This document shows, piece by piece, positions 1 to 8,775 of a DNA stretch of 20,000 nucleotides. Source of the DNA: an uncultured virus (IMG/VR IMGVR_UViG_3300009158_000043) (lineage: Duplodnaviria; Heunggongvirae; Uroviricota; Caudoviricetes); the IMG/VR virus record IMGVR_UViG_3300009158_000043. One strand, 5' to 3'. A program made the position numbers and the translations under genes. Below the pieces are notes generated by a model, which did no database searches, was not told the DNA's origin, and was given only the letters and a program-made list of their open reading frames with translations. Numbering within the stretch: position 1 is the first letter of the stretch; every line of letters starts with the position of its first letter.

Positions 1-138
1 TATTGAAATACCTGGTGTAAATTTACTACGACCTACTGTGAAGTTAAAATCTCCCTTGGTTCCATAAAATGGAATTCCTCGAGTAAAATCTCCTCGAGAA
101 ACAAGTGGTGATATATTATTTTCGTTAACGTTTTCCAT
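1..138 (-). CDS. Hypothetical protein, 5' part only (runs off the window start): MENVNENNISPLVSRGDFTRGIPFYGTKGDFNFTVGRSKFTPGISI...
   Basis: ATG at 138-136 overlaps the stop of the upstream ORF (TAATG coupling); 46 codons open to the window edge; not in the ORF track. Confidence 0.75.
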   Translation of the reverse strand, partial: MENVNENNISPLVSRGDFTRGIPFYGTKGDFNFTVGRSKFTPGISI

Positions 139-539
139 TACCAAGCAAGTGGAATTCCTCTCTTTTTATAACCAACAATTGTATATTCTCCGCCCGGGTC
201 AGCCGATGTTCCATCAGATTCACAGAAGTCAAATTTCTTTAAGTATACGTTAATTACTGGAAATTTCAGAAGATATGCAACTGGATAAATTGGTGCATCT
301 GCATCCTTATTATCGATTCCCCAGATTTTAACATATTCAGCTGAGACACTTGATAGATCTACAAATTCAACTTTAAATACTGGACCTTTTGCAAAGCCAT
401 ATTGTTGAAGTTCTCCAATTTGTTGATAACCTAGAGTGGTTGGTGCGCCGGCTGGAGCACGTTTATCTGTACTAATAAAAGTTGGTTCGTAATTTAATTG
501 ATTTACCAGAGTAATTAGCTCTGCTCCAGTGTGCATCAT
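138..539 (-). CDS. Hypothetical phage protein (133 aa)
   Basis: ORF in a tightly packed minus-strand operon with an A-rich leader. Confidence 0.7.
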   Translation of the reverse strand: MMHTGAELITLVNQLNYEPTFISTDKRAPAGAPTTLGYQQIGELQQYGFAKGPVFKVEFVDLSSVSAEYVKIWGIDNKDADAPIYPVAYLLKFPVINVYLKKFDFCESDGTSADPGGEYTIVGYKKRGIPLAW

Positions 540-554
540 GTGCGTTTTATTTTT

Positions 555-1097
555 TTATATCGACTGTCCAAATATTACTAGAGCAGATACTCTAACATTA
601 TATAGCAAGTTAGTATTAATGATCTTTATCTTATTTATTAAGTCTTCTGCCTTATTTGACTTCGGATTTGTAAAGATCGTAAAAAGATCATATAATGGAT
701 ATTCAGTAGCAGTTAGAGTGTCAGTATTCTCCAGAGATATTTTTACTGATTTGTTTACTAATTCAATCGTTTCACCATTCGTGTCATATGTTGGATAAAT
801 GATACGAAGCATTACTCCTCTAGCATATAATTTACCGCTTTCTAATTCGCTACTAGGCGAAAGTATACTCGTTTGATTATCAAAGATTGTAATATCTCCG
901 CCATTCATTTCAGCAGTAAGACCGATACATGTGTACCCGTCCACTGGAAAAGCAAAATCGCCAATGCAGAACTCACCATGTGTAGCTTTACCATCGACTA
1001 CCCGAAAGCATTTATCGTCGAATAGTTGCAAGATTGGCTGGTTTTCATAGCCGCCACAATCGTCGCATACATCATTTAAGTTACCAAGTGTCATCAT
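555..1097 (-). CDS. Hypothetical phage protein (180 aa), beta-rich, Cys-containing N-terminus (CDDC)
   Basis: Start overlaps the upstream stop (ATGA); no recognised motif. Confidence 0.75.
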   Translation of the reverse strand: MMTLGNLNDVCDDCGGYENQPILQLFDDKCFRVVDGKATHGEFCIGDFAFPVDGYTCIGLTAEMNGGDITIFDNQTSILSPSSELESGKLYARGVMLRIIYPTYDTNGETIELVNKSVKISLENTDTLTATEYPLYDLFTIFTNPKSNKAEDLINKIKIINTNLLYNVRVSALVIFGQSI

Positions 1098-1777
1098 TTT
1101 CCAAGTATTTTTTTCATCTTATTGCTAAGGCCCATCTTCTGACGTTGATTGGGCGCCAGGTGAGGATTTTGAGTAGGTGTACTCGGTAAAACTGGTGGCT
1201 CAACAGGGTGGATTGGAGTTTCAACTTTTACTTCTTCAATTTTTTCTGGAGCAACAATTTGTTCAGATACTGGTTCTTCAATTTCTTCTGGTTTAGCTGG
1301 CTCAATATTATCTATTCCATCATACTTAATAAAAAAATGCAAACACGTAAGTGAAATTATTGGAAGTAATCCACCTTCGATTAATGCTAACCATCGGCGC
1401 TGAGCTATTGCATTTGATACGTCTGCGCCAATCATATCAAATGCTGGAGCAGTAAGATCTGACCAGTCTTTAAAACTCTTGGTTGTAACATCAATATCCG
1501 AATAACAGAAGTAGATATTGCCTATAAATTGTATAAATGTTACTAAAATGAATACAAACCATACTGAGAAACCTTTAATTCGAACAGAGGCTGCAGAAAT
1601 TGCAGACATTGCCGCTATTTCAATCGCAACAGAAAGATATATTGCCCAGCTGGTTGGATTTGCTAGATCATACCAGCTAATAACATGGGAAATAGAAACA
1701 ATCATCACTAGGATGATTGGAACCAAGAACATTCCACGGATAACTCCGCGCTTATTTAATTTGATCCACTCTATCAT
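1094..1777 (-). CDS. Integral membrane protein with about 4 TM segments and a Pro/Glu-rich C-terminal tail
   Basis: Hydrophobic segments MFLVPIILVMIVSI, WAIYLSVAIEIAAMSAI, FSVWFVFILVTFIQFIG, LLPIISLTCLHFFI; TAATG coupling with the upstream gene. Confidence 0.75.
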   Translation of the reverse strand: MIEWIKLNKRGVIRGMFLVPIILVMIVSISHVISWYDLANPTSWAIYLSVAIEIAAMSAISAASVRIKGFSVWFVFILVTFIQFIGNIYFCYSDIDVTTKSFKDWSDLTAPAFDMIGADVSNAIAQRRWLALIEGGLLPIISLTCLHFFIKYDGIDNIEPAKPEEIEEPVSEQIVAPEKIEEVKVETPIHPVEPPVLPSTPTQNPHLAPNQRQKMGLSNKMKKILGK

Positions 1778-2088
1778 TATTTCTCTAAATTTTGAATCTC
1801 TTTATCAATCTCAGATTGTCGATTAACATCAAGTATTTTACGGTCAGTTGATTGAATCATTCTTTTTTCAGTCTTTAACCCTTCAATAGTCAGCATTTTT
1901 TGAATATCGGTCTTTGGCACAATATTCGAAATAATAATTGAATCGTTTGATTTAATAGTATTTGTTAACTCTGCATTTGTTTTATCAAGTCTACTATTTG
2001 TTGAGCAGGTTTTGAAAAAAATAATTATTACAAGTGGTAACATTATACGATGTGCCCAAGTGTCTAAAAAGGTGAAAATTTTATTCAT
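1777..2088 (-). CDS. Membrane-anchored or possible lipoprotein with a helical/coiled-coil C-terminus (103 aa)
   Basis: IMLPLVIIIFFKTC hydrophobic stretch ending in Cys, then a helical region; preceded by an AATAAATA motif. Confidence 0.7.
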   Translation of the reverse strand: MNKIFTFLDTWAHRIMLPLVIIIFFKTCSTNSRLDKTNAELTNTIKSNDSIIISNIVPKTDIQKMLTIEGLKTEKRMIQSTDRKILDVNRQSEIDKEIQNLEK

Positions 2089-2103
2089 CTTGTTTCTTTT
2101 TAT

Positions 2104-2111
2104 TATTTATT
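2104..2111 (-). promoter_or_regulatory. T4-late-like promoter motif AATAAATA
   Basis: About 15 nt upstream of the ATG at 2088; same motif recurs upstream of other genes. Confidence 0.5.
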
Positions 2112-2124
2112 TAACTGGAAGGTA

Positions 2125-2586
2125 CTAAAATAGCCAGAGTGCTAGGCCAATTAAAATTAGTGCAAGGGTTGAAAAGTATGAAACTGCATATACTAGGACA
2201 GGGCGTTTATACTTTTTGTAGTCGAATGTGATTTGTAGAATATATCCATAATACTCTTCATTTTTAATCCTGTCATACTCAACTTTAACTGAATCAAGTA
2301 TTCCCTCCTTAGTTAGGAATTCAGTATATTTTTTCATTCGATCACTAATCATTTTAAGCTCAACTGATTCAGATGATGTTTCTGAATACATTAATATCTC
2401 AGGATTAAGATTTACACCAATATATAAATTGGAATCAGCATCTACTAAAAGACCGATTGCATCTAACTTGCCATCTTTTTGTAGTTCAGCAATTATTGAT
2501 TTGTACTTTGCAAATCGGGCTAAGTCTTCAAGACAGCCTTGAAGACTTTTAAAAATTTTTACTGGGTTGATTTTGTCTAAGATCAT
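2125..2586 (-). CDS. Hypothetical protein with a C-terminal TM anchor (153 aa)
   Basis: C-terminal [24 protein letters not shown] after KKYKR; ATGA overlap with the sigma factor gene. Confidence 0.75.
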   Translation of the reverse strand: MILDKINPVKIFKSLQGCLEDLARFAKYKSIIAELQKDGKLDAIGLLVDADSNLYIGVNLNPEILMYSETSSESVELKMISDRMKKYTEFLTKEGILDSVKVEYDRIKNEEYYGYILQITFDYKKYKRPVLVYAVSYFSTLALILIGLALWLF

Positions 2587-3209
2587 ATTATTGTTCGTAT
2601 TTTTTCTTCGAGATCAGGATTGTCTTTAATTACTGCTTCTCGAATATCTACTCGAATTTTGCGAAGTTTGGTCTTCACAGTATTTTCATTCATTTTATAG
2701 TCGGTCGCAATTTGTCTAACCTTTTTATTTTTTATCATCTTATCGATTGCGATGTTTTTCATCGTCTCATCGTTAATATTATAAATTTCAGCAAGGGTCT
2801 TTGCATATATCTCTTCCACGTCAAGGTGGTATGATTGTGTTATTTCAAAATCATCGGCTTTATCTACTTTCTGATAAAGATCATCAATATCAAGATGGGT
2901 ATGCTTTTTCTTATGGTAGAGGTAATATAGGGTCTCATTTCTAGCGATCGTGTAGATCCATGTAGTAAATCTGCCTTTTTCGAATTTAAACTGTGCGACA
3001 TTTTTAAAGATACGTTTAAGACTATATTGTAGTGCTTCTTCTGTATCAAATTCATTTTTACAGAATTTCCACACGAAAAATTTTAATTTTGGATAAATTA
3101 GAGAAGCTAGCTCATTTCGCTCAACTTCAGTAATTGCATCTGTTAATAATTTTTCAGAAATTTCTTTTATTCTTAGATTGACTCGTTCATTGATTTCGTC
3201 GTATCCCAT
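2583..3209 (-). CDS. RNA polymerase sigma-70 family factor, ECF-like
   Basis: Region 2 pattern [37 protein letters not shown]; region 4 [28 protein letters not shown]; 208 aa. Confidence 0.9.
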   Translation of the reverse strand: MGYDEINERVNLRIKEISEKLLTDAITEVERNELASLIYPKLKFFVWKFCKNEFDTEEALQYSLKRIFKNVAQFKFEKGRFTTWIYTIARNETLYYLYHKKKHTHLDIDDLYQKVDKADDFEITQSYHLDVEEIYAKTLAEIYNINDETMKNIAIDKMIKNKKVRQIATDYKMNENTVKTKLRKIRVDIREAVIKDNPDLEEKIRTII

Positions 3210-3210
3210 A

Positions 3211-3522
3211 TTATTTTATTACTACCTCGGCGTTATTTTTTAACTCGTTAATTACATTTAAGCACAACTGACATTTTTCATAGGCTTCTGACTTTTCATA
3301 GAAGGAGATCGCGTTCTCAAGACCACTAATAAATTTATCACGACTCAAGTTGACAGTATAGTCAACCGCATTGATTGTAATATTGATTACCGTGATCTCA
3401 TGAATTGCAGGATCTCGATAGTTTGCACAAATAGATTCTACAACTTTATCATAAATTGTAATTCGATGAAGATTAAAAACTTCTTCAAGCGTAATATCAC
3501 CATTGAATTTGAGGGATGTCAT
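3211..3522 (-). CDS. Hypothetical protein with a C-terminal UVR-like helical hairpin ([12 protein letters not shown])
   Basis: ORF directly upstream of the sigma factor; ExYExC resembles the UvrB/UvrC-type motif. Confidence 0.65.
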   Translation of the reverse strand: MTSLKFNGDITLEEVFNLHRITIYDKVVESICANYRDPAIHEITVINITINAVDYTVNLSRDKFISGLENAISFYEKSEAYEKCQLCLNVINELKNNAEVVIK

Positions 3523-3576
3523 ACTCTGTTTTTTTTTATATTTGTGTTGGTTCTATCCTATAATACTATAAAATAG

Positions 3577-5553
3577 TTAATCTTTAAAAAATCTATCCTT
3601 TATTTTTTTCATATGTTCCATGGATTCCATATCAAACACATTAGATTGAACTTTAGGTCCGTCGCCAGATGCAGGTGCAGTACTGTTTAATCGACGTAGC
3701 TCATCAAAATTATACAAACTCTTTTTATTATTTTCACGATAGACGTTAAATATTTTTTCTTCGAGTTCTTTTCGATATTCAGCTGGAGCATTCTCAAACG
3801 TCTCAATTCCTATATCCCAGAACTGTGTCGAGTCGAAAAATGGTGCAATATTTATGCAGGTCATAGCTAAATCATCATTTCCATTTTGACCACGATATGC
3901 GCCGCCTTTAGTTTTACCAAATGACATAAGTTCCATGAAAGTTAAATATTCGTTTGGAATAATCTTATTAATTGTAACTAGATGTTTAAATCGTTCGCAA
4001 TATTTAATTTTATTTGTTGGCCCAAGTCGTAATCCGATCTTTGGAACAACTGCCATTTCAGTATGTTTAGTATGAACAAATTGTCCCGTCCAGTATTCAG
4101 AATTATCTGCACATCTTGAGTGAACGATCTCACCTTTATGATTCATCTCCAGGACTATTCTAACTTTGCTAGGATTAAATATTCGATAGATGATAAATTC
4201 AGCAGCAGCTGCAAATTGAGTAACATCAAGTTCATTTGTTCTAAATGTTCCAATTTGAACTAGTGAAATTGCATCTAATTCGTTTCGAACAGCATCCTTC
4301 TTCTTTAAGAGTTCAGAAACTGGCATCGCAACTACTTTGTAAATATTTAAAACTGAATAGTCGCCGCCAACTCCATCTGCAGTATCAATACTGAATAGGT
4401 AATTTGCAGCATCATTCTTAAAGTCTGATAATTGACGCTTTACGTATCTAGGATGCAATTTTAAGTGATCGTTAATATACATACGATCTTCATCTAGTGC
4501 AAAATTGGAGTTTTTATAGTCTACTCGGATATTATTTAATTTCTTAAGCTCATTTGAGCCAAGTAATAATTGATCTGACGAGAAGAACTGAAGTCCATAT
4601 TCCTGGTTAAAATCATCAATTGAACCGATATCAGCAATTGCGTCTTCTTTCCATTTTTCATCACGACCAGGTACTTGCCACCAGTCGACTCGAAGGGCAA
4701 CATAATTACTTCTATTTTCAATTGCATCAACCCAAATATCATGGAACTTGTTTTTACCATTTGGTGTAGATGTAATTATAATCTTTGAATTAGGATCGGC
4801 AGAAATCGTTGGGAATATTGTACGATAAAACTCATCTAATTTTGCTTGGTCAATATGCGCAAACTCATCAATATACAATAAGTTAACGGTTAAACCGATA
4901 CCTGATTTTTTAGTGGTTGTTCTACCAACAACACGACTATCATTATCAAATTTTATATTACCGGTATTGACATGTTTAATACCAGGTTTCATAAAGAATG
5001 GAAGATTGTCTAATGAAATTCTGAACTTATCTAATAATTCTCGAGTAGTTGTAAAATTATCTGCAACAAGTAGTGCAGTTTTTTCTGCATGGAATAGAGT
5101 AAACCATAAGATAAAGATAGCAGAAGTCACAGATTTACCAATCTGACGACTTGCCATTAAGATACTATATTTGTTTCCTTGGAATGAAAGTAGAATTTGT
5201 TCTTGAAAATCGCGTAACCCGCCGGCTTCTTTAATTAGTTTGACTCCATCATGCGTTTGAATAAAACAGTAATTATATGCGAAGTAAATAATATCTTCTT
5301 TACATTTGGAAAGTTCTTGCCATTCATCTGGAGTATATTCAAACGGTAGATTTGCACGCTTGAGATTAATATCATTATCTCTGAATGGAGAATTATGTAA
5401 TCCCTTAACATCTAACCCATTATCAATTTGATCTAATAATTTAGCGATGCGAACAGTCGTCCATATAGAACTATTTGTATCATCGTCGTCTCCGCTCATT
5501 CTGGAAATCTTACGTGATGTGAATGCACCCCTATTTGACATTATATCCTTCAT
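3577..5553 (-). CDS. terL: Terminase large subunit, T4 gp17-like
   Basis: Adenine-binding LRDFQ, Walker A ASRQIGKS, Walker B LLYIDEFAH, motif III ITSTPNG, nuclease motifs SIDTADGVGGDYS and NDDLAM. Confidence 0.97.
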   Translation of the reverse strand: MKDIMSNRGAFTSRKISRMSGDDDDTNSSIWTTVRIAKLLDQIDNGLDVKGLHNSPFRDNDINLKRANLPFEYTPDEWQELSKCKEDIIYFAYNYCFIQTHDGVKLIKEAGGLRDFQEQILLSFQGNKYSILMASRQIGKSVTSAIFILWFTLFHAEKTALLVADNFTTTRELLDKFRISLDNLPFFMKPGIKHVNTGNIKFDNDSRVVGRTTTKKSGIGLTVNLLYIDEFAHIDQAKLDEFYRTIFPTISADPNSKIIITSTPNGKNKFHDIWVDAIENRSNYVALRVDWWQVPGRDEKWKEDAIADIGSIDDFNQEYGLQFFSSDQLLLGSNELKKLNNIRVDYKNSNFALDEDRMYINDHLKLHPRYVKRQLSDFKNDAANYLFSIDTADGVGGDYSVLNIYKVVAMPVSELLKKKDAVRNELDAISLVQIGTFRTNELDVTQFAAAAEFIIYRIFNPSKVRIVLEMNHKGEIVHSRCADNSEYWTGQFVHTKHTEMAVVPKIGLRLGPTNKIKYCERFKHLVTINKIIPNEYLTFMELMSFGKTKGGAYRGQNGNDDLAMTCINIAPFFDSTQFWDIGIETFENAPAEYRKELEEKIFNVYRENNKKSLYNFDELRRLNSTAPASGDGPKVQSNVFDMESMEHMKKIKDRFFKD

Positions 5554-5558
5554 GGTCC

Positions 5559-6290
5559 TTAAATTATTTCAGTAAGATCGATGAAATCGTCAGTGTCGTC
5601 TTGTTCGATCTCAATATTGTGTTCTTTCATGAGATCCGATTTATTATTAGGATTAATTAGATTACCCGATACTTTCCCTTTCTGACGATCTTGGGAAGCG
5701 ACAGGTAAACTTTTTGTAACGTTTTTAGTTCCTACTGTAATAAAGAACTGGCCTTCCTCTGGACTTGAGCCGACCTTTTGTGTATCTTCGTTTACTGGTT
5801 TATCGCGGTTTAATTTTTGATATGTGTCTTCTAAGAAGATGATGTAATTTGCCTGCATCTTAGTTACTGCAGCCATTTTATCTTGTAATTGCCCCATGAC
5901 CTCGATTAGTCGAGGATGAGTATTACCTGAAGTTATTTCTTCCATCACTTTAATGATGGTGATTTTAATAGTCTTCAGCTGAAAGAATAAGTTCGAAATG
6001 TTAATAGTATCGAGTTCTTTCTTGTGTTTTGCGTAGTCACTCTCTTCAAAAATTCCAATATCTACGTAATTTTTAAATAGCGAATTAGTTATTTCGCGAG
6101 CTTTTTTCGTGAACTGACTGCTCATTTCCTCAAAGTCATATGGACTTTCCGTCTTAGTCTCATTGGAAATCTCAGAATCTATAACTAAATCATTTTGATT
6201 TTCATTACCTATTGAACCCAATAGTGCCTGTATTTCGTCTTTTAAATGTCTTCTATTCTCTTTGTCGATTCCGCCTTGTTTATTTGACAT
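5559..6290 (-). CDS. Probable terminase small subunit, T4 gp16-like
   Basis: Ends 5 nt upstream of terL; HPRLIEVMGQLQDKM resembles the gp16 PRxxEV..L oligomerisation-helix motif; acidic C-terminus. Confidence 0.65.
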   Translation of the reverse strand: MSNKQGGIDKENRRHLKDEIQALLGSIGNENQNDLVIDSEISNETKTESPYDFEEMSSQFTKKAREITNSLFKNYVDIGIFEESDYAKHKKELDTINISNLFFQLKTIKITIIKVMEEITSGNTHPRLIEVMGQLQDKMAAVTKMQANYIIFLEDTYQKLNRDKPVNEDTQKVGSSPEEGQFFITVGTKNVTKSLPVASQDRQKGKVSGNLINPNNKSDLMKEHNIEIEQDDTDDFIDLTEII

Positions 6291-6294
6291 GAAA

Positions 6295-6540
6295 TTACTT
6301 TATTTTATTTTCATACTTGTCTAATGCTGGATTTGCGTGTATTTTAATCTGTTTTACTGCTTCGACCCATTCATAAACGATGCTATCGATACTTGACAAG
6401 TATGAAGTTAACGTGGCATTCACGTTAAACATTTGTGAGGATAACGTACGCTTAAGTATTTGGCCTTTGTAATTGAACCCAGTGTGAAGACGTTTTTCAC
6501 GTCTTTCAAGAATAGGTCTAAATATGCTGTTTTTTACCAT
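6295..6540 (-). CDS. Hypothetical protein (81 aa)
   Basis: Fills the gap between the baseplate gene and the terS candidate with 1-4 nt spacing. Confidence 0.7.
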   Translation of the reverse strand: MVKNSIFRPILERREKRLHTGFNYKGQILKRTLSSQMFNVNATLTSYLSSIDSIVYEWVEAVKQIKIHANPALDKYENKIK

Positions 6541-6541
6541 T

Positions 6542-8206
6542 TTAGTATGATGTTTTTGGTCGAGGTACTATTGATTTTATTTGAATATTTACTGAGCCTA
6601 GACCTTCTTCTGAAAGTCCAGCAGAGTATGCATTTCCAAAACGATCTGAGAATCCTCCTCGAATTAATGGAAGTTCAGCGTCGATTGTCACAATATCATT
6701 AAATTCATCAAGTCCTGTGTCTACTGCATTTGGATTTGCAATTTTTGCAAGTTCATTCTTCTGTGAAACGAGGTTGACTGATACTGAATCGACTCCATTT
6801 ACCCCTTCGATAATTTTAATTAAATCACTCTTTGGAACACGATTTCTACGAGTATTTTGAATAAAGAACGTGCCTAATGCATTTAATATATCGCGTTTAA
6901 TAATATCAGTGTCAATATCGTCAAATACGATAACTGACGTATTAATAACATAATTACTAGGAATCGGATCAAGTATCTTAATATCAGTTGAAATAAGTTT
7001 TGATCCAGATTTTTCAATATATCTAAGAAGTTCGTTCTTTTGATAGTCAGTTAGGATAAATCGGGCAAGGTCAGCATTAAAGTAATCTTGGCCAGTACTA
7101 AAGGTTTTTCTAATATCTGGAATCAAGAATAGATTAAGTACACGGTTATCGACTGCATCAAGAAATACAGTGATAACTGAGAATAGTTTAAGTTTTCGAA
7201 GTAAGACTTCATAATGATCAGCATTAACTAGAGCAAAGCTTTTTGACATTCTTGGAGCAATAAGTCGAGTTAAGTTAGAATCTTCAGGATTTGACCCAAA
7301 AAATGGCGGATGTGTTGTTATAACATCAATATAGTCATTTAGATTAATTTCATCGCCTAAAATACTAAAACCGGTATCGATGAATTCAAATTGAACTTTA
7401 CCTGGATCATTTGTTCTAATATTTCCATTTGCTCCCTCAGTAACAAGATATTCTACTGAGATATCTGAACCGAAACTTGGAATTTTGCCATAATTGCCGT
7501 TTCCAAAATAAAGATCGATTCCGCTAGTTATTCCAGTTTTAACCATGTATGCATTATCGCCCCTAGGCATGTCTAACATAGAATCATATTTGGTCCATTT
7601 TTCACCATTTACATAAACATTTACATAGAAATTATCTACATAGAAATTTTGTGGGCTACCGATTGAGAAACTATCGATTGCGACACCCTTTGCGGTAACT
7701 GTCTGAGTTTCAACGACTCCTTGACGAATTTGTAATTTCGTACCATTATCCTTGCCGCTAAATGAAAATTTAACTTCATCTTGTGGAAGATCTAAGATAT
7801 ATGTTAGTCCATTATTTAGACAGCGCAGCCTGGTTAAATTTGGAACAATTACAAAATCATATTGTGCGTCAACTGCAGCTACGTTCGTAGAAAGCTTTAT
7901 CTCACCGATTGCTGAGACTGCACGACTTGCATTGTGGCCAGTAAGACTGGCTAATGAATAAACTGAGGTTAATCGAGTTGCTTCATTTATATTAAGTTCA
8001 GTAATTGCATCTTCAATATAGTAGAAAACCAGCTGAGTTAAATTCTCTACAACTAAGAGTAATTGTCCGAAAGGTGACGCTGCCGTGAAAACTACACGGT
8101 TCTGATCAAATTTACTGGTTAAGTAATTTATTGACTGACCGAGTATATCCTCGACATAAATGCTAAGTCGTGTAAAGACTTTAAAATTTTCAGTTGCACT
8201 AGTCAT
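6542..8206 (-). CDS. Baseplate wedge subunit, T4 gp6 / baseplate-J-like
   Basis: N-terminal EATRLTSVYSLASLTGH..RAVSA, central LYFGNGNYGKIP..GSDISVEYLVTEG..GN, ALVNADHYE, C-terminal SDLIKIIEGVNGVDSV. Confidence 0.88.
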   Translation of the reverse strand: MTSATENFKVFTRLSIYVEDILGQSINYLTSKFDQNRVVFTAASPFGQLLLVVENLTQLVFYYIEDAITELNINEATRLTSVYSLASLTGHNASRAVSAIGEIKLSTNVAAVDAQYDFVIVPNLTRLRCLNNGLTYILDLPQDEVKFSFSGKDNGTKLQIRQGVVETQTVTAKGVAIDSFSIGSPQNFYVDNFYVNVYVNGEKWTKYDSMLDMPRGDNAYMVKTGITSGIDLYFGNGNYGKIPSFGSDISVEYLVTEGANGNIRTNDPGKVQFEFIDTGFSILGDEINLNDYIDVITTHPPFFGSNPEDSNLTRLIAPRMSKSFALVNADHYEVLLRKLKLFSVITVFLDAVDNRVLNLFLIPDIRKTFSTGQDYFNADLARFILTDYQKNELLRYIEKSGSKLISTDIKILDPIPSNYVINTSVIVFDDIDTDIIKRDILNALGTFFIQNTRRNRVPKSDLIKIIEGVNGVDSVSVNLVSQKNELAKIANPNAVDTGLDEFNDIVTIDAELPLIRGGFSDRFGNAYSAGLSEEGLGSVNIQIKSIVPRPKTSY

Positions 8207-8226
8207 TTAGTATAATTTCTTTAGAT

Positions 8227-8234
8227 TATTTATA
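8227..8234 (-). promoter_or_regulatory. T4-type late promoter TATAAATA for the baseplate/terminase operon
   Basis: Exact TATAAATA about 20 nt upstream of the ATG at 8206. Confidence 0.65.
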
Positions 8235-8301
8235 TCAGCAAAAACTTTTTTAAGCTTTTCTATATAATACTCAGGATAGATAATATAGATCTAGCAAATA
8301 T

Positions 8302-8684
8302 GGGGTCGCCCGGTTTTGACAGGTAATTTAGTTCTTTGAAGTGCAGGCCGTGTTAGTATTGGAAACACGTTAATCACCTATATACATTTTAAATGACGAA
8401 AAGTCAACTTTCACTTTCGAAGACGCAATGTCTTTCGTTGGTGCTGATTACGCAGTATCTGCATAGTCACTAGGTCGCACTTACCTGTTTTAAAAAATGT
8501 GCACCATCAAGGCACTACGGATAGACGTGAGGCATACAGTAAGCCGTTATGAGAGTGAGAAGGAAACTCATTATAAACTGTCCAGAAAACCAAAAATTTT
8601 GTCTGTTTCGAAAAATAGACTAAGCTTGTGAATGAATTTCATCGATCAGTTATTTGGACGAGGGTTCGATTCCCTCCGACTCCA
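8302..8684 (+). ncRNA. ssrA: tmRNA (transfer-messenger RNA), one-piece, phage-encoded
   Basis: Acceptor stem GGGGTCG(8302-8308)/CGACTCC(8677-8683) with the G3-U Ala determinant and discriminator A8684; GGTTTTGAC D-loop-like motif; helix CAGGTAATT/AGTTATTTG; GCAGGC/GCTTGT; T-arm GAGGG-TTCGATT-CCCTC; internal tag ORF ending YAVSA-stop. Confidence 0.95.
8395..8466 (+). other. tmRNA tag reading frame (A)DEKSTFTFEDAMSFVGADYAVSA*
   Basis: Inferred resume codon GAC after TTTAAAT, downstream of the pk1-type stem CGTGTT/AACACG; C-terminus resembles the canonical YALAA. Confidence 0.8.
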
Positions 8685-8697
8685 CGGGAATACGTCT

Positions 8698-8741
8698 AAG
8701 TGGTGAATTGAGAAAGAAATATAAAACTTTCTCGCCATTTT
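8698..8741 (+). terminator. Possible hairpin (terminator or processing structure) downstream of tmRNA
   Basis: GAGAAAG(8710-8716)/CTTTCTC(8727-8733) with flanking TGGT/GCCA pairing, followed by TTTT. Confidence 0.35.
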
Positions 8742-8745
8742 GATG

Positions 8746-8753
8746 TATAAATA
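8746..8753 (+). promoter_or_regulatory. T4-type late promoter TATAAATA
   Basis: Exact motif 22 nt upstream of the lipoprotein ATG. Confidence 0.65.
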
Positions 8754-8775
8754 ATAAAAAAATACAAATATTACT

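Noticed and set aside
70..160. Direct repeat TGGAATTCCTC at 70-80 and 150-160
   Set aside because: Only two 11-nt copies, both within coding sequence (RGIP); no array or CRISPR structure
3577..5553. Intein or intron in terL
   Set aside because: Continuous ORF with normally ordered motifs; no intein splice motifs or homing endonuclease signature seen
8393..8473. ATG-initiated 26-aa ORF MTKSQLSLSKTQCLSLVLITQYLHSH inside the tmRNA
   Set aside because: Arises from the AAAT-GAC resume context; the alternative frame has the tag-like C-terminus
8655..8690. tRNA gene or prophage attachment site at the T-arm-like sequence
   Set aside because: It pairs with the 5' end about 380 nt upstream as a tmRNA; no integrase, duplicated 3' end or host genes in the window
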